From contig DASZZN010000012.1 in the NCBI GenBank assembly GCA_035544955.1, positions 154,685 through 218,684 on the forward strand: 64,000 nt of DNA, given 5' to 3'. The notes beneath the pieces were generated by a model. The model was not told the DNA's origin. It saw only the letters and a program-made list of their open reading frames with translations, and made no database searches. The stretch is from Candidatus Dormiibacterota bacterium (lineage in GTDB: Bacteria; Chloroflexota; Dormibacteria; CF-121). Within the stretch, counting starts at the first letter, position 1; the number at the start of each line of letters is the position of its first letter. The translations under genes were made by a program, and so were the position numbers. Positions 27,933-37,480 of this stretch are shown here, one piece after another.

Positions 27933-29246
27933 CTATAGCTTGGGTCCGGTCGTAACATCACCATCCCTCCTGTCGGGCATGAAGTCGACTCGCTCCTCCC
28001 GGCCCTTCCAGACAACGATGTGTTCGCCGGGGTCGGTGCGGGCGACCACCCGGCCACCCCGGATAACAAGCCGGCGCGGCGCCAGGAGCCGAATCGCGTC
28101 GCTTTCGCCGGGCGCGTCGAACAACACGAGGTCCGCGCGACACCCCGGCTCGAGACCATAGTCCCGGAGTCCCAATGTTCGCGCGCCATTCACCGTGATC
28201 ATGTCGATCAGCGTCCGCAGCTCCTCGTACCCCGACATCTGTCCGTAGTGGGCGAGGGTAAAGGCCGCCTGGAGGGGATCGGCCTTCCCGAGGGGATACC
28301 AGGGGTCCATCACCGAGTCGTGGCCAAGACAGACATTGACCCCGGCGGCCAGCATCTCCTTGACGCGGGTGTGCCCACGCCGGATGGGGTAGTGATCGAA
28401 GCGACCCTGGAGGACGGCGTTGTCAAGCGGGTTGGTCACCATGTGCAAGCCGGCCCGGCGAACGTTGACGATCAGCCGGCCGGCGTATGCGTTGTTGTAG
28501 GAATGCATCGCGGTCGTGTGGCTGGCCGTGACGCGCCCTTGCATGCTGAGGCGGATGGTCTCGGCCGCGAGCACCTCGAGGAACCGCGAGTGTTCATCGT
28601 CGGTTTCGTCGCAATGGATGTCGACCAGCTTGTTGAATTCGTGAGCGAGCGCCACGGCGAACTTCACGGACTGCTCACCGTACTCGCGGGTCAGCTCGAA
28701 GTGTGGGATGCCGCCGACCACGTCCGCGCCCATCTCGACCGCCTTCCGCATCAGCGCTTCGCCGTCGGGAAAGGACTGGATGCCTTGCTGGGGAAACGCA
28801 ACCAGCTGGATCGTGATTTGATCGGCAAACTCCTCCCTTACTTCGAGCAGCGCCCGCAGGGCGGTGAGTTTCGGATCGCAGACGTCGACGTGGCTGCGCA
28901 CGAAGAGGACCCCGTTGGCGACCTGCCAGCGGAGGACCTGGGCGACGCGGCCCTTCACGTCGTCCACCGTCAGGTCCTTGACCCGCTCGCCCCAGATCGC
29001 GATGCCCTCGAAGAGCGAGCCGCTGAGGTTGTGCCGCGGCTGTCCGACGGTGAGCACGGCGTCGAGGTGGATGTGCGGCTCGACCAGGGCTGGCGTGAGC
29101 AGGCCGCCCCCGGCATCGATCACCTGGCTTGCGGATGGCTGGGTGCCCGGGGCGCCCGCTGGTGCGATGCGCCCGGCTTCGATGGCCACGCTGGTGAGGG
29201 ACTTCGACCGCGGCAACCGGGCGTTTTTGATGAGCAGATCGGGCAC
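27933..29246 (-). CDS. codA: cytosine deaminase-like amidohydrolase (CodA/AtzC family)
   Basis: Amidohydrolase metal-binding motifs (PHIHLD, HCDE, HTTAMHS, GHDSVMDPW), 437 aa. Confidence 0.75.
   Translation of the reverse strand: MPDLLIKNARLPRSKSLTSVAIEAGRIAPAGAPGTQPSASQVIDAGGGLLTPALVEPHIHLDAVLTVGQPRHNLSGSLFEGIAIWGERVKDLTVDDVKGRVAQVLRWQVANGVLFVRSHVDVCDPKLTALRALLEVREEFADQITIQLVAFPQQGIQSFPDGEALMRKAVEMGADVVGGIPHFELTREYGEQSVKFAVALAHEFNKLVDIHCDETDDEHSRFLEVLAAETIRLSMQGRVTASHTTAMHSYNNAYAGRLIVNVRRAGLHMVTNPLDNAVLQGRFDHYPIRRGHTRVKEMLAAGVNVCLGHDSVMDPWYPLGKADPLQAAFTLAHYGQMSGYEELRTLIDMITVNGARTLGLRDYGLEPGCRADLVLFDAPGESDAIRLLAPRRLVIRGGRVVARTDPGEHIVVWKGREERVDFMPDRRDGDVTTGPKL
27977..28560. repeat. direct repeat partner (intact copy) of the 22618-23110 segment
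   Basis: Aligns base-by-base with 22618-23110 at about 85% identity. The two copies bracket the ABC transporter operon. Confidence 0.65.
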
Positions 29247-29281
29247 GTGCGAAGTGTAAGGTTCGGAACGCGGAGAGACTT

Positions 29282-30748
29282 GTGGCCACCATCAGCGACC
29301 TCGACGCGCAAGTCCCGGTTCGTGAAGGCGAATACGGCTCCAGGGTGGCTGCCATCGAGCCGGGAGGCATCGAGTACATCCCCGAGCGCGAGCGTCACGG
29401 GAGGCCGTTGCAACTCTTCTGGACCTGGATGTCACCGAACATGGAATTCGCCACGGTCTACGTCGGCGTTATTCCAATGGCCGTGTTCGGTGGGGGATTC
29501 TGGCCCACCGTCCTGGGGGTGACGCTCGGCAGCCTGATGGGCGCGATCACCCACGCGCTCCTCTCGACCATGGGACCGCGCTTCGGCGTCCCGCAGATGG
29601 TGCAGAGCCGGGCCGCTTTCGGGTACCTAGGCAATTTCCTGCCCGCGGGTCTCAGCTGGATTACCGCCAGCTTTGGCTGGTTTATCGTCAACAGCGTCAG
29701 CGGTGCCTTTGCGCTGGTGATCTTGAGCGCGATTCTGAACAACCACCAAGCCGCATTAAGCTTTCCGGTGGCCTTCACGATCATCGTCATCGTGCAGGTC
29801 CTGGTGGCCTTCATCGGGCACAACATGATCCACCAATTCGAACGGGTCATCTTCCCTTACCTGGGAGTCGTCTTCGCTCTGGCCACGGTGATCGTCCTGG
29901 TGCAAGCGCACCCGGGTGTCGGTTTCAATCCGAACGCGCAGGTTCCGTTCGGGGGCCCCTCTGCCGCGTTCATCCTGGCGGTATTCATCGCCTTTGGGTA
30001 CGCCATCGGCTGGAACCCATTTGCCTCTGACTACAGCCGGTATCTGCCGACGAAATCCGATCCGATGAAGGTCGCGCTGGCAGCGGGCCTCGGGATCTTC
30101 GTCTCGTGTGCGGTCCTGGAGATTGCGGGCGCCGCCATCGCGACTTTTTCGGCGGCGGGCAGCAACCCGACGGAACAGTTCACCGACCCGTTGCCCTTCA
30201 TCCTGCAAGTCCTGGTTCTCCTCGGAATCGCGCTCGGGGCAATTGCCTCCAATGTCCTCAACATCTATTCAGGCGCGATGGCTTTCCTGACCCTTGGCGT
30301 CAAACTGGGGGTGGAAAAACGGCGCGCCATTTCCGCCTGCGTGTTCGGCGCCGTCGGGCTTGTCATCGGGCTTCTCTACCAGGCGAACGTCGGAACCAGC
30401 AGCAAGTACGAAAGCTTCCTGCTGCTGGTCACCTACTGGATCACGCCGTACCTCGCGGTCGTGATCACCGATTACGTCCTCCATCGCGGCCGGTACCCCG
30501 AGTCGGTGTTCTACGACCCTCGCCGTCGATACTGGAAAGGCGTCGTCGCGATGCTGGCCGGCAGCATCGCGACCGTCCCATTCTGGGACCAGCAGGCGCC
30601 GGTTCCGCTGGGCTGGGTTCCGACCAACGCCCCGCAGTTAGGCGATCTGAGCTTCTTTGCCGGGGCGATAGTGGCCACGGTCGTTTACCTGGCGCTGTAC
30701 CTTGTGGGCCGCCCGTCATCGAACGCGCGGGTCGCGGCGCGAACGTAG
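29282..30748 (+). CDS. codB: purine-cytosine permease (NCS1 family)
   Basis: 488 aa, 12-TM NCS1-type transporter. Divergent from codA with a 35 bp gap. Confidence 0.8.
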   Translation: MATISDLDAQVPVREGEYGSRVAAIEPGGIEYIPERERHGRPLQLFWTWMSPNMEFATVYVGVIPMAVFGGGFWPTVLGVTLGSLMGAITHALLSTMGPRFGVPQMVQSRAAFGYLGNFLPAGLSWITASFGWFIVNSVSGAFALVILSAILNNHQAALSFPVAFTIIVIVQVLVAFIGHNMIHQFERVIFPYLGVVFALATVIVLVQAHPGVGFNPNAQVPFGGPSAAFILAVFIAFGYAIGWNPFASDYSRYLPTKSDPMKVALAAGLGIFVSCAVLEIAGAAIATFSAAGSNPTEQFTDPLPFILQVLVLLGIALGAIASNVLNIYSGAMAFLTLGVKLGVEKRRAISACVFGAVGLVIGLLYQANVGTSSKYESFLLLVTYWITPYLAVVITDYVLHRGRYPESVFYDPRRRYWKGVVAMLAGSIATVPFWDQQAPVPLGWVPTNAPQLGDLSFFAGAIVATVVYLALYLVGRPSSNARVAART

Positions 30749-30762
30749 GCGCGATCCGAACG

Positions 30763-31833
30763 CTAGAGCTTTAACGCCGTTCGAAGGAGCGCTTTCAGCC
30801 GGTCGGGTTGCCGGCGATAGCGCTCCCATTCGGACGGCACCTTCGTCGACTTCTCCAGGATGGCCCAGAGCACGGAGTTGACCGGCGTGGGCACATCGTA
30901 GCGGCCGCCCGCGTCGACGACCGCGCCATTCAGGAAGGCGGCTTCCGTCCTGCCCTTGCCGCGGCTCAGGTCCCACCACAGGGAGGGCATCTTATTACCC
31001 CGGGCGCCGCCGAGCCGGGGTTCGAGCAGCATCTGGGCCAGCAGTGCCGGCAGGCTCATCGCGCGCCGCAGCGTGGGCGCCGGCAAGCCGGGGAGCGCGA
31101 CGACGGCGACGCGCATGCGGTCCATGACGGCGGTAGCCTCGCGGAACGCCGCGCGCTCGTAGCGGAACAGCTCGCTGTCCGAAAAGATGTGGCTCGGCGG
31201 CAGGTCCAGGATGGCGCTCTGGGCATTCCCAAGGAGGTTGAAGAGGAGCTTTGACCACTTCATCGCGCGAAAGTCGGTGTAGCGTCGGGCCTTGAAGCCG
31301 GAATCGCGCAGCTTGCGGACGAGCGGGCCGACATTGACTTCAGGTGAGACCGGAGCGAGCGCCAATCCGCCGCGCCGCGAGTGCAACTGGATCGTGCCCG
31401 GCTCATCCAGGCTGACCGGCACCGTCAGGCTTCCGGCCAACAGCGCCTGCTCCGGCAGCGCCGCGGCGATCGCTTCCTCGTTGCCCACGCCATTTTGAAA
31501 GCTGCCGAGGATCGTGCCCGGGCGTAGCACCAGTTGCAGTTGGTCGATCGCGTCCAGCGTGTCGTAGCCCTTGACGGTAAGAAAGACATAGTCGAATGGG
31601 CCGACGGCCTCCGCGATGGTCGGTCGCGCTGACCGGACCGATTGGCTGCTGACCTTACCCGCCGAGACCATGCGCACCCCGTCGCGCGTGACGGCTTCGA
31701 CGTGCGAGGCCCGCCCCACCAGTGTGACCTCACTGCCGGCTTGGGCCAGGCGAGCGCCAAGCAGGGAGCCCACCGCCCCGGCGCCGAAGAAGAGGAAGCG
31801 AAGTGGCGGCGCCGCCGCCGGACGCTCGGGCAT
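30763..31833 (-). CDS. panE: 2-dehydropantoate 2-reductase (ketopantoate reductase)
   Basis: N-terminal NAD(P)-binding FLFFGAGAVGS and the ApbA C-terminal domain. ATG at 31833 (ATGA overlap with the plsY stop). Confidence 0.8.
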   Translation of the reverse strand: MPERPAAAPPLRFLFFGAGAVGSLLGARLAQAGSEVTLVGRASHVEAVTRDGVRMVSAGKVSSQSVRSARPTIAEAVGPFDYVFLTVKGYDTLDAIDQLQLVLRPGTILGSFQNGVGNEEAIAAALPEQALLAGSLTVPVSLDEPGTIQLHSRRGGLALAPVSPEVNVGPLVRKLRDSGFKARRYTDFRAMKWSKLLFNLLGNAQSAILDLPPSHIFSDSELFRYERAAFREATAVMDRMRVAVVALPGLPAPTLRRAMSLPALLAQMLLEPRLGGARGNKMPSLWWDLSRGKGRTEAAFLNGAVVDAGGRYDVPTPVNSVLWAILEKSTKVPSEWERYRRQPDRLKALLRTALKL

Positions 31834-32456
31834 CAGTGTGCCGTGATCTTCAACTCTCGGCCATGCGCGAGCCGCTCGATGTTGGTCCGGTGCCGGATCA
31901 GCACCAGGCCAGCGAGGGTGACCCCGAGGATGATCACCGACCAGCCGACTGGCCGCCATGCCTGCCAGCCGATCAGGTGAAGCACGATCAAGCTGACGAA
32001 GCCCACGGCCACCGCGCTCAAGGAGGCGACCGACGCCACCTTGGTGAGGCGGATGATCAGGAACCAGGTCGTAAGCGCGAGCACGAGCGCCACCGGGGCG
32101 AGCGCCAGCAGCACACCGCCGGACGTCGCGACGCCCTTACCACCCTTGAAGCGCAGGTACAGGGGCCAGTTGTGCCCGATCACCGCCGCCAGCCCGATCG
32201 CCGCCAGCGCGATCTCGTTGTCCCCCAGGCCAAGCGCGATCCCGATCATGACCGGGATGAAGCCCTTCAGCCCGTCAGCGATGAGGGTCAGGGTAAAGGC
32301 GCCCGGACCGCCGGCGCGAAAGACGTTGGCGGCCCCGATGTTGCCGCTGCCGAGCTTGCGAAGGTCCTGGTTACGATAGACCTTCATCACCAGCCAGCCA
32401 GAAGGAACGGAGCCGAGGAGATAGCCGAAGGCCAGCAGCGCGAGCACTTTCAGCAT
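31833..32456 (-). CDS. plsY: glycerol-3-phosphate acyltransferase PlsY
   Basis: 207 aa with the PlsY signature GSGNIGAANVFR and HNWPLYLRFKGGKGVAT. Confidence 0.85.
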   Translation of the reverse strand: MLKVLALLAFGYLLGSVPSGWLVMKVYRNQDLRKLGSGNIGAANVFRAGGPGAFTLTLIADGLKGFIPVMIGIALGLGDNEIALAAIGLAAVIGHNWPLYLRFKGGKGVATSGGVLLALAPVALVLALTTWFLIIRLTKVASVASLSAVAVGFVSLIVLHLIGWQAWRPVGWSVIILGVTLAGLVLIRHRTNIERLAHGRELKITAH

Positions 32457-32508
32457 TGGGGGCAGTCCTTACGGACGCCTCAACTATAGATCGCGGCCTT
32501 TACGGTTG

Positions 32509-33639
32509 TCACGCCTGTCCGCTATCACCTTTCTGGTCCAGCCTAGGCAATTCGAGCGTGAACTCACTTCCCGCTCCGGGACGGCTGTCCACTAGCGCCC
32601 GCCCACCGTGCGCGAGGGCCACCTCCCGCACCAGGTAGAGGCCGATCCCCATTCCGACCAGGTGGCGATTGGCGTCGGTCTCGATCCTGGCAAAGCGTTT
32701 GAAGAGCTGACCTTGAGTCTCCAGCTCGATCCCAAAGCCGTCGTCGAGGACGCTGACGCGCCAGGTGCCGTCACTCTCGGTCAGGCCGACGTCGATCCGG
32801 CCACTGGGGCCGGGCCGGAACCGGACGGCATTGTCCAGCAGCTCGCGCAGGGCCAGGTGCAGCCAGTAGGGGTTGCCGGTGACGAACGCGAGGGGGACGT
32901 CGAAGCTGAAGTCGATTGCCAGGTCCGCAGAGCGGCGCTGCTGATCTTTGACGATGGGTTCCAGCAGCCCGACCAGGTCGATCGGCTCTCGCGGCATCGA
33001 GGGCCCAAGCTCGTCGAAGCGGCCGACCAGGCTCATATCCATGATCAGGCGGCTGAGCTGGCACGCCTTCTCGTAAATGCGCGCGCCGGCCAGCTTCTGG
33101 TGCTCGGGACTCAGCCCGCCCTGGGCCAGCAGCGAGCCGTAGCCCAGGATCACGCCCAGCGGGGTCCGCAATTCGTGCGCGGCCATGTTCAGGAACTCGG
33201 TCTTGGCGGCGTTGGTCTCGCGAAGACGCGCCACGTCGGTGTCGAGCGAGGTGGCCGGGCTCGCGACCAGACCCGTCAGAAAGTATTCGACGGCACGGCC
33301 CCGGCCCTTGAGGGGACGGATGAACCACTCCCAGGTCTGGCCGTCGATGATCACCGCGGCCGCGAACGCTCGACCGCTGGTGGCGACGGAGCGAAAGGGA
33401 CGAGGGTCGGACAGTGGATGTGCGGGCGGCAACAGGGAGGAGATGGTGAGACCGGCCGCATCCGCTCGTTGCAACACGCGCGCCATCAACTCATTGAGCG
33501 CGAGCGCCCGAAGATCGCCGGCCTCGATGACGGCGAGCGGGATGGGCATCGCCTGGAGCAATTCGCTAACCGGCGTGTCGAAGCGTTCCGCGAGTGCGGT
33601 TTCTAGCAGCTGTGCAATCGCTTCCGTGCGTCGGTCCAC
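32509..33639 (-). CDS. sensor histidine kinase
   Basis: HisKA H-box (AAHELRTPL) and HATPase N/G boxes (NAVRF, DDGFGI, GMGIGL). Confidence 0.75.
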   Translation of the reverse strand: MDRRTEAIAQLLETALAERFDTPVSELLQAMPIPLAVIEAGDLRALALNELMARVLQRADAAGLTISSLLPPAHPLSDPRPFRSVATSGRAFAAAVIIDGQTWEWFIRPLKGRGRAVEYFLTGLVASPATSLDTDVARLRETNAAKTEFLNMAAHELRTPLGVILGYGSLLAQGGLSPEHQKLAGARIYEKACQLSRLIMDMSLVGRFDELGPSMPREPIDLVGLLEPIVKDQQRRSADLAIDFSFDVPLAFVTGNPYWLHLALRELLDNAVRFRPGPSGRIDVGLTESDGTWRVSVLDDGFGIELETQGQLFKRFARIETDANRHLVGMGIGLYLVREVALAHGGRALVDSRPGAGSEFTLELPRLDQKGDSGQA

Positions 33640-33680
33640 GCGCAGGTTTCTCCCAGATCGGCTGATAAACTGGTCGCGGC

Positions 33681-34154
33681 GTGCAAGACCCCGACAAACT
33701 CAATGATGAAACCACATACCAGCGCTGCTTCGCCTGCGGCCGCCGCAACGAATCGGGGCTCAAACTGACCTTTCGGCGTGAGGGCGAGCGCATCATCGCG
33801 GACTACCTGCCGTCTGAGCGGTACCAGGGATTCCCGGGCGTGCTTCACGGCGGGATCCTGGCCACGATGCTCGATGAAACGATGAGTCGCACCGGTGCGC
33901 TTCGCCGCGAATGGCTGATGACAGGCAAGATCGACATCCGCTTTCGGCGGCCGGCCCCGATCGACCAGCCGCTGCGAGTCTGGGGGGAGATCGCGCGAGA
34001 GCGAGCCGGCGCCGTTGCCGCCATCGGCGCGGTCGAGTTGATAGACGGCACGGTGCTGGCCGAGGCGCGCGGCATGTTCGTGCGGATGCCAGACGAGCTG
34101 GCGAACGCGACCGTCGACCAGTACCCGGAGTTCGTTCACTACTGGCAAAGCTAG
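33681..34154 (+). CDS. PaaI-family hotdog-fold thioesterase
   Basis: 157 aa with the HGGILATMLDE motif typical of PaaI/YbgC thioesterases. Confidence 0.75.
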   Translation: MQDPDKLNDETTYQRCFACGRRNESGLKLTFRREGERIIADYLPSERYQGFPGVLHGGILATMLDETMSRTGALRREWLMTGKIDIRFRRPAPIDQPLRVWGEIARERAGAVAAIGAVELIDGTVLAEARGMFVRMPDELANATVDQYPEFVHYWQS

Positions 34155-34156
34155 GC

Positions 34157-35305
34157 GTGCCGCGTTCGCACCTCTTCGCGCCGGAGCACGAGGAGTTCCG
34201 AGGCACCGTCCGCCGCTTCATCGATAAGGAGGTCCGTCCTCACGTCGATGAATGGGAAGAAGCCCAGCAATTCCCGCGCGAATTGTTCACGCGATTCGGC
34301 GCGCTGGACCTTCTGGGCCTGAAGTATCCGGAGCAATACGGCGGAACGAACGCCGGCGTCGCCTACGAAGCGATTCTGTTCGAGGAGCTCGCCCGCTGCG
34401 GCTCGGGAGGGGTGGCGGCTGGGATCGGGGCTCATGTGGCGATTGCGACGCCGCCGATCAATGAATTCGGCAACGACGCTCAGCGCCAGCTCTGGTTGCC
34501 TCCCGCGATCAAAGGCGAGAAGATCGTCGCGCTCGGCGTGACGGAGCCATCGGGCGGCTCGGACATCGCGCATGTGCAGACCATCGCCCGCCGTGACGCT
34601 GATGCCTACATCGTCACCGGCACCAAGATGTTCATCACCAACGGTGTCAGCGCCGACCTGGTCGTCATCCTGGTCCGGACGAAGCCGGAGGGTGGCCACC
34701 AGGGGTTATCGGTTCTCGTCGTCGAGCGCGGGACGCCCGGCTTCAGCGTCGGACGCAAGCTGAACAAGCTGGGCTGGCGTGCGTCGGACACGGCGGAGCT
34801 CGTCTTCCAGGACTGCCGCGTGCCGGTCGAGAACCGGCTCGGGGAGGAGAACGGCGGGTTCTATCAGGCGGTCGGGAATTTTCAGTGGGAGCGGCTGTGG
34901 ATCGCGATTGGCGCGGTGGCTTCTGCCCAGCGAAGTCTCGAGCTGGCCGTCGAGTACGCGGCGAACCGGACGCAGTTTGGCAAAACGCTCACCTCGATGC
35001 AGGTGATTCGGCACGAGATCGCCGACATGGCGCTGATGATCGAGCAGGCGCGCCAGCTGACCTACTACGCGCTCTGGCTCCATTCGCAGAAAATGCCCTG
35101 CGTGAAGGAGGTCTCAATGGCGAAGATCGCCGCGACGGAGGCCGACGTGAAGGTTGCCGACCGCGCGCTGCAGATCCACGGTGGATACGGCTACATGATG
35201 GAGTATCCGATCCAGCGTGCCTGGCGCGATGCTCGACTCGGCCCGATCGGCGCAGGCACGAACGAGATCATGCGCGAGATCATCGCTAAGGAACTGGACC
35301 TATAG
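34157..35305 (+). CDS. acyl-CoA dehydrogenase
   Basis: ACAD motifs (GVTEPSGGSD, IHGGYGY, catalytic-base region). GTG start 3 nt after the thioesterase stop. Confidence 0.8.
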   Translation: MPRSHLFAPEHEEFRGTVRRFIDKEVRPHVDEWEEAQQFPRELFTRFGALDLLGLKYPEQYGGTNAGVAYEAILFEELARCGSGGVAAGIGAHVAIATPPINEFGNDAQRQLWLPPAIKGEKIVALGVTEPSGGSDIAHVQTIARRDADAYIVTGTKMFITNGVSADLVVILVRTKPEGGHQGLSVLVVERGTPGFSVGRKLNKLGWRASDTAELVFQDCRVPVENRLGEENGGFYQAVGNFQWERLWIAIGAVASAQRSLELAVEYAANRTQFGKTLTSMQVIRHEIADMALMIEQARQLTYYALWLHSQKMPCVKEVSMAKIAATEADVKVADRALQIHGGYGYMMEYPIQRAWRDARLGPIGAGTNEIMREIIAKELDL

Positions 35306-35535
35306 CGTGAGCGATGCGTTTCAGGGGCGGAGTAGCTTCTGCGCCGTATCAGGCCCAGCCGAAGTTTGGTCCCACCTTCTTGCGACCGGCACCGCACTAA
35401 TTGCGCCTCAGGAACGCACGATCCACAGTCGCCCTGCAACTTCGTCACGGTTGCGCTAGGATGCGCCACGGACCCGGCGAGCGGTTTCTCGTAACGACCC
35501 TGCTACAAAGGCAAACCAATAAGCATACCAACTAT

Positions 35536-35565
35536 TTGACAATTCCGCCTGACCGCCCCTATACT
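35536..35565 (+). promoter_or_regulatory. near-consensus sigma70-type promoter (TTGACA-N18-TATACT)
   Basis: TTGACA at 35536-35541 and TATACT at 35560-35565. It points towards the 3' end of the minus-strand DUF3800-like gene. Confidence 0.5.
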
Positions 35566-35571
35566 CACCTA

Positions 35572-35640
35572 GCAATGGGCTGGGTCGACCTACCCAGTCG
35601 GCGGAAGAGGTGGCGAAAGCTGCCTCTTCAGCTTTTCCAG
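35572..35640 (+). ncRNA. candidate small or antisense RNA (two hairpins and a T-run downstream of the consensus promoter)
   Basis: Stems CTGGGT/ACCCAG (35580-35597) and GAAGAGG/CCTCTTC (35604-35629), followed by AGCTTTTCC. The second hairpin overlaps the last codons of the DUF3800-like gene in antisense. Confidence 0.3.
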
Positions 35641-36674
35641 ATCTCTTTGTAACGGTCGTCCCAGGGAAGAATTTTCAAACCAAGAATCGAGTGCTTGGTT
35701 TCCTGCCCCAGGCAAAGTTTCGTTCTGAATACAGGCCATCGGTCGGGTGTCGAAGTGGGATTCAAGACCTTTTCCCCGCAGGGTCGTGCAAGCAAGTCGG
35801 CAAGCTCCAATCCTGTCAGCGTGTCTTTCTTGGTGCGAAACAGCATTCCCGGCGGCAGTCTTTGTCGAAACCAGGTAGGCGCGATGTATGTAGTGCCGTC
35901 GAGGTGGAGGCGCGCAAATTCATACTGAAGGGCCGCATCCTCCTTTGGTCCACGAGCTTCAACAACGACCGACGCGCGAGCTCCGCCAAAGTCGTTTTCG
36001 AGAACCATTAGTAAACGTTCCATTAAGAAATCGAGGCTCATCAAATACGGATGTGCCGGAAGGCTAATGTCAGGAGACTTGAAGTCGCCCAGCCACTTTC
36101 TGTAGTCGGCTCGGTTAATCACACAAGCAACTGCTGCAAATGGCAGTTGATCGATGATTCGATCGAGTGACTCCTTCAATTGTTGGCGTTTGGCAATGGA
36201 GCCTCCGAATGGGCCGAGGCCTTGTCGGAAATCCGGCTCATGAACAATGATCTTGCTCGACCCAAAGGTGTTCCTCTTCCACCGGCGCCACTCTCTTGAT
36301 ACCGTCAGGTGGTCAGCGTCTCGAATGAGGACGGCTGCTAAAACGAATGCTCCAAAGCTATCGTTCGCCGCAAGCGAATGAGATCCGCACTCATCGACAA
36401 AGACGGTGCAAGTCGTGGTAGTTTGCTGCGCGGTAGGCCTTCGTCGGGGAACAATTCGGCCTCCGACCTGCTGAGCCAGGGTTTGGCGCTCGCCTTCACC
36501 ACGGTCCAGCGCTTGCCGAAGTCCGGGGTCTGCGGCGAATTCGTTATCTTGTCGCAACCTCGCTGCAAGCTGCAGCAGGCTGAGATAACTTTCCTGTTTG
36601 TCGAGACGGCGTTTGCTTACGCGGGCATCCCGTGTCCGCTCTAGCTCTTCGGGACTCGATTCCTTTGACGCCAT
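35628..36674 (-). CDS. DUF3800-like protein (putative RNase-H-like fold, N-terminal VFVDECGS motif)
   Basis: 348 aa. The acidic beta-strand motif TVFVDECGSHSL resembles the DUF3800/RuvC-YqgF-like DExG start. GC is clearly below the flanking genes (about 55% against about 68%). Confidence 0.55.
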   Translation of the reverse strand: MASKESSPEELERTRDARVSKRRLDKQESYLSLLQLAARLRQDNEFAADPGLRQALDRGEGERQTLAQQVGGRIVPRRRPTAQQTTTTCTVFVDECGSHSLAANDSFGAFVLAAVLIRDADHLTVSREWRRWKRNTFGSSKIIVHEPDFRQGLGPFGGSIAKRQQLKESLDRIIDQLPFAAVACVINRADYRKWLGDFKSPDISLPAHPYLMSLDFLMERLLMVLENDFGGARASVVVEARGPKEDAALQYEFARLHLDGTTYIAPTWFRQRLPPGMLFRTKKDTLTGLELADLLARPCGEKVLNPTSTPDRWPVFRTKLCLGQETKHSILGLKILPWDDRYKEIWKS

Positions 36675-36700
36675 CCTCGTGGTGTTCCAGCCTGACTCCC

Positions 36701-37480
36701 CTAGGCCTCGGCGTCTTGTGGATTCTCGGCCGAGCCTTGTCCCTTCGCAGGACCGGCCGGCTCCTCAACTGGGTTGGGCGCAGCCTCAGGTGCCCGCGGA
36801 GTGTCCGAAAACCTAACCGTGGACGGATCAGTCCAAACTAACGACGGACCGTGTCGGGAAGACTTCAGGAAGTCTGGGTCTCTGAGCACTATTGAGTTCG
36901 CAAGCTGCTGCCAGATGTTTGCCAGACGTAGCCTCGAAGGATCACCGCCAACAACAACCGAGGCACCGCCGGGAAAACGCAGCGTGTATTGGCCCTCTCG
37001 CGAACTATCGGCTGTGACTTCCACATCTTCAACCAATTTCCAAACACCGGCGCGTTCCCTTTCAAACCGCTTCGGATACCGCTTCAGCGTCTGAACAAGC
37101 GTCGCATACGCTCCACGGCTATTTGTTGGAAGCTTGCCCGCCCGGCGGAGGGTTTTGATGAGCTCGGTCAGCCGCGCCTCTCCTCCGAGCGATCTAAGAA
37201 TCGCTGCTGAAGCATCCGCAATTGTCATGTTTGCCAGGTCTTTAGGCGGAGGCTGGCTCGCGTCCGCTGGTCGCGCATACTGACTGAACAGCTCGATAAA
37301 GGCTCTGATTTTGGAAAGCCGCTCCTCCACAGCCGTGAGCTCGAGTTCGAGTTCCCGCATTCTTTGACCGAGCTGCTCCTCGTCTGCTCGGGCCCGGCCG
37401 ATTAAGTCCTGCTCGTTAGCAGAAGCCAAAGCCGATTGCTCCGACTGGATCGCGCTGGCTTTCTTGGATATCTTCTCCAT
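36701..37480 (-). CDS. hypothetical coiled-coil protein with a HARE-HTH-like winged-helix domain
   Basis: 259 aa. N-terminal heptad-rich segment, then a central AAILRSLGGEARLTELIKTL...RGAYATLVQTLKR...FERERAGVWKL pattern (HARE-HTH-like, ending in a G-W-x-L beta-hairpin). Low GC. Probably co-transcribed with the DUF3800-like gene. Confidence 0.5.
   Translation of the reverse strand: MEKISKKASAIQSEQSALASANEQDLIGRARADEEQLGQRMRELELELTAVEERLSKIRAFIELFSQYARPADASQPPPKDLANMTIADASAAILRSLGGEARLTELIKTLRRAGKLPTNSRGAYATLVQTLKRYPKRFERERAGVWKLVEDVEVTADSSREGQYTLRFPGGASVVVGGDPSRLRLANIWQQLANSIVLRDPDFLKSSRHGPSLVWTDPSTVRFSDTPRAPEAAPNPVEEPAGPAKGQGSAENPQDAEA

Noticed and set aside
28020-29522. 500 aa plus-strand ORF antisense to codA
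   Set aside because: Low-complexity Gly/Arg/Asp-rich translation with no motifs. It lies opposite a gene with clear amidohydrolase motifs.
31803-33606. Plus-strand ORFs antisense to plsY and the histidine kinase (31803..32489+, 32608..33606+)
   Set aside because: No recognisable domains. They are opposite genes with strong signatures.
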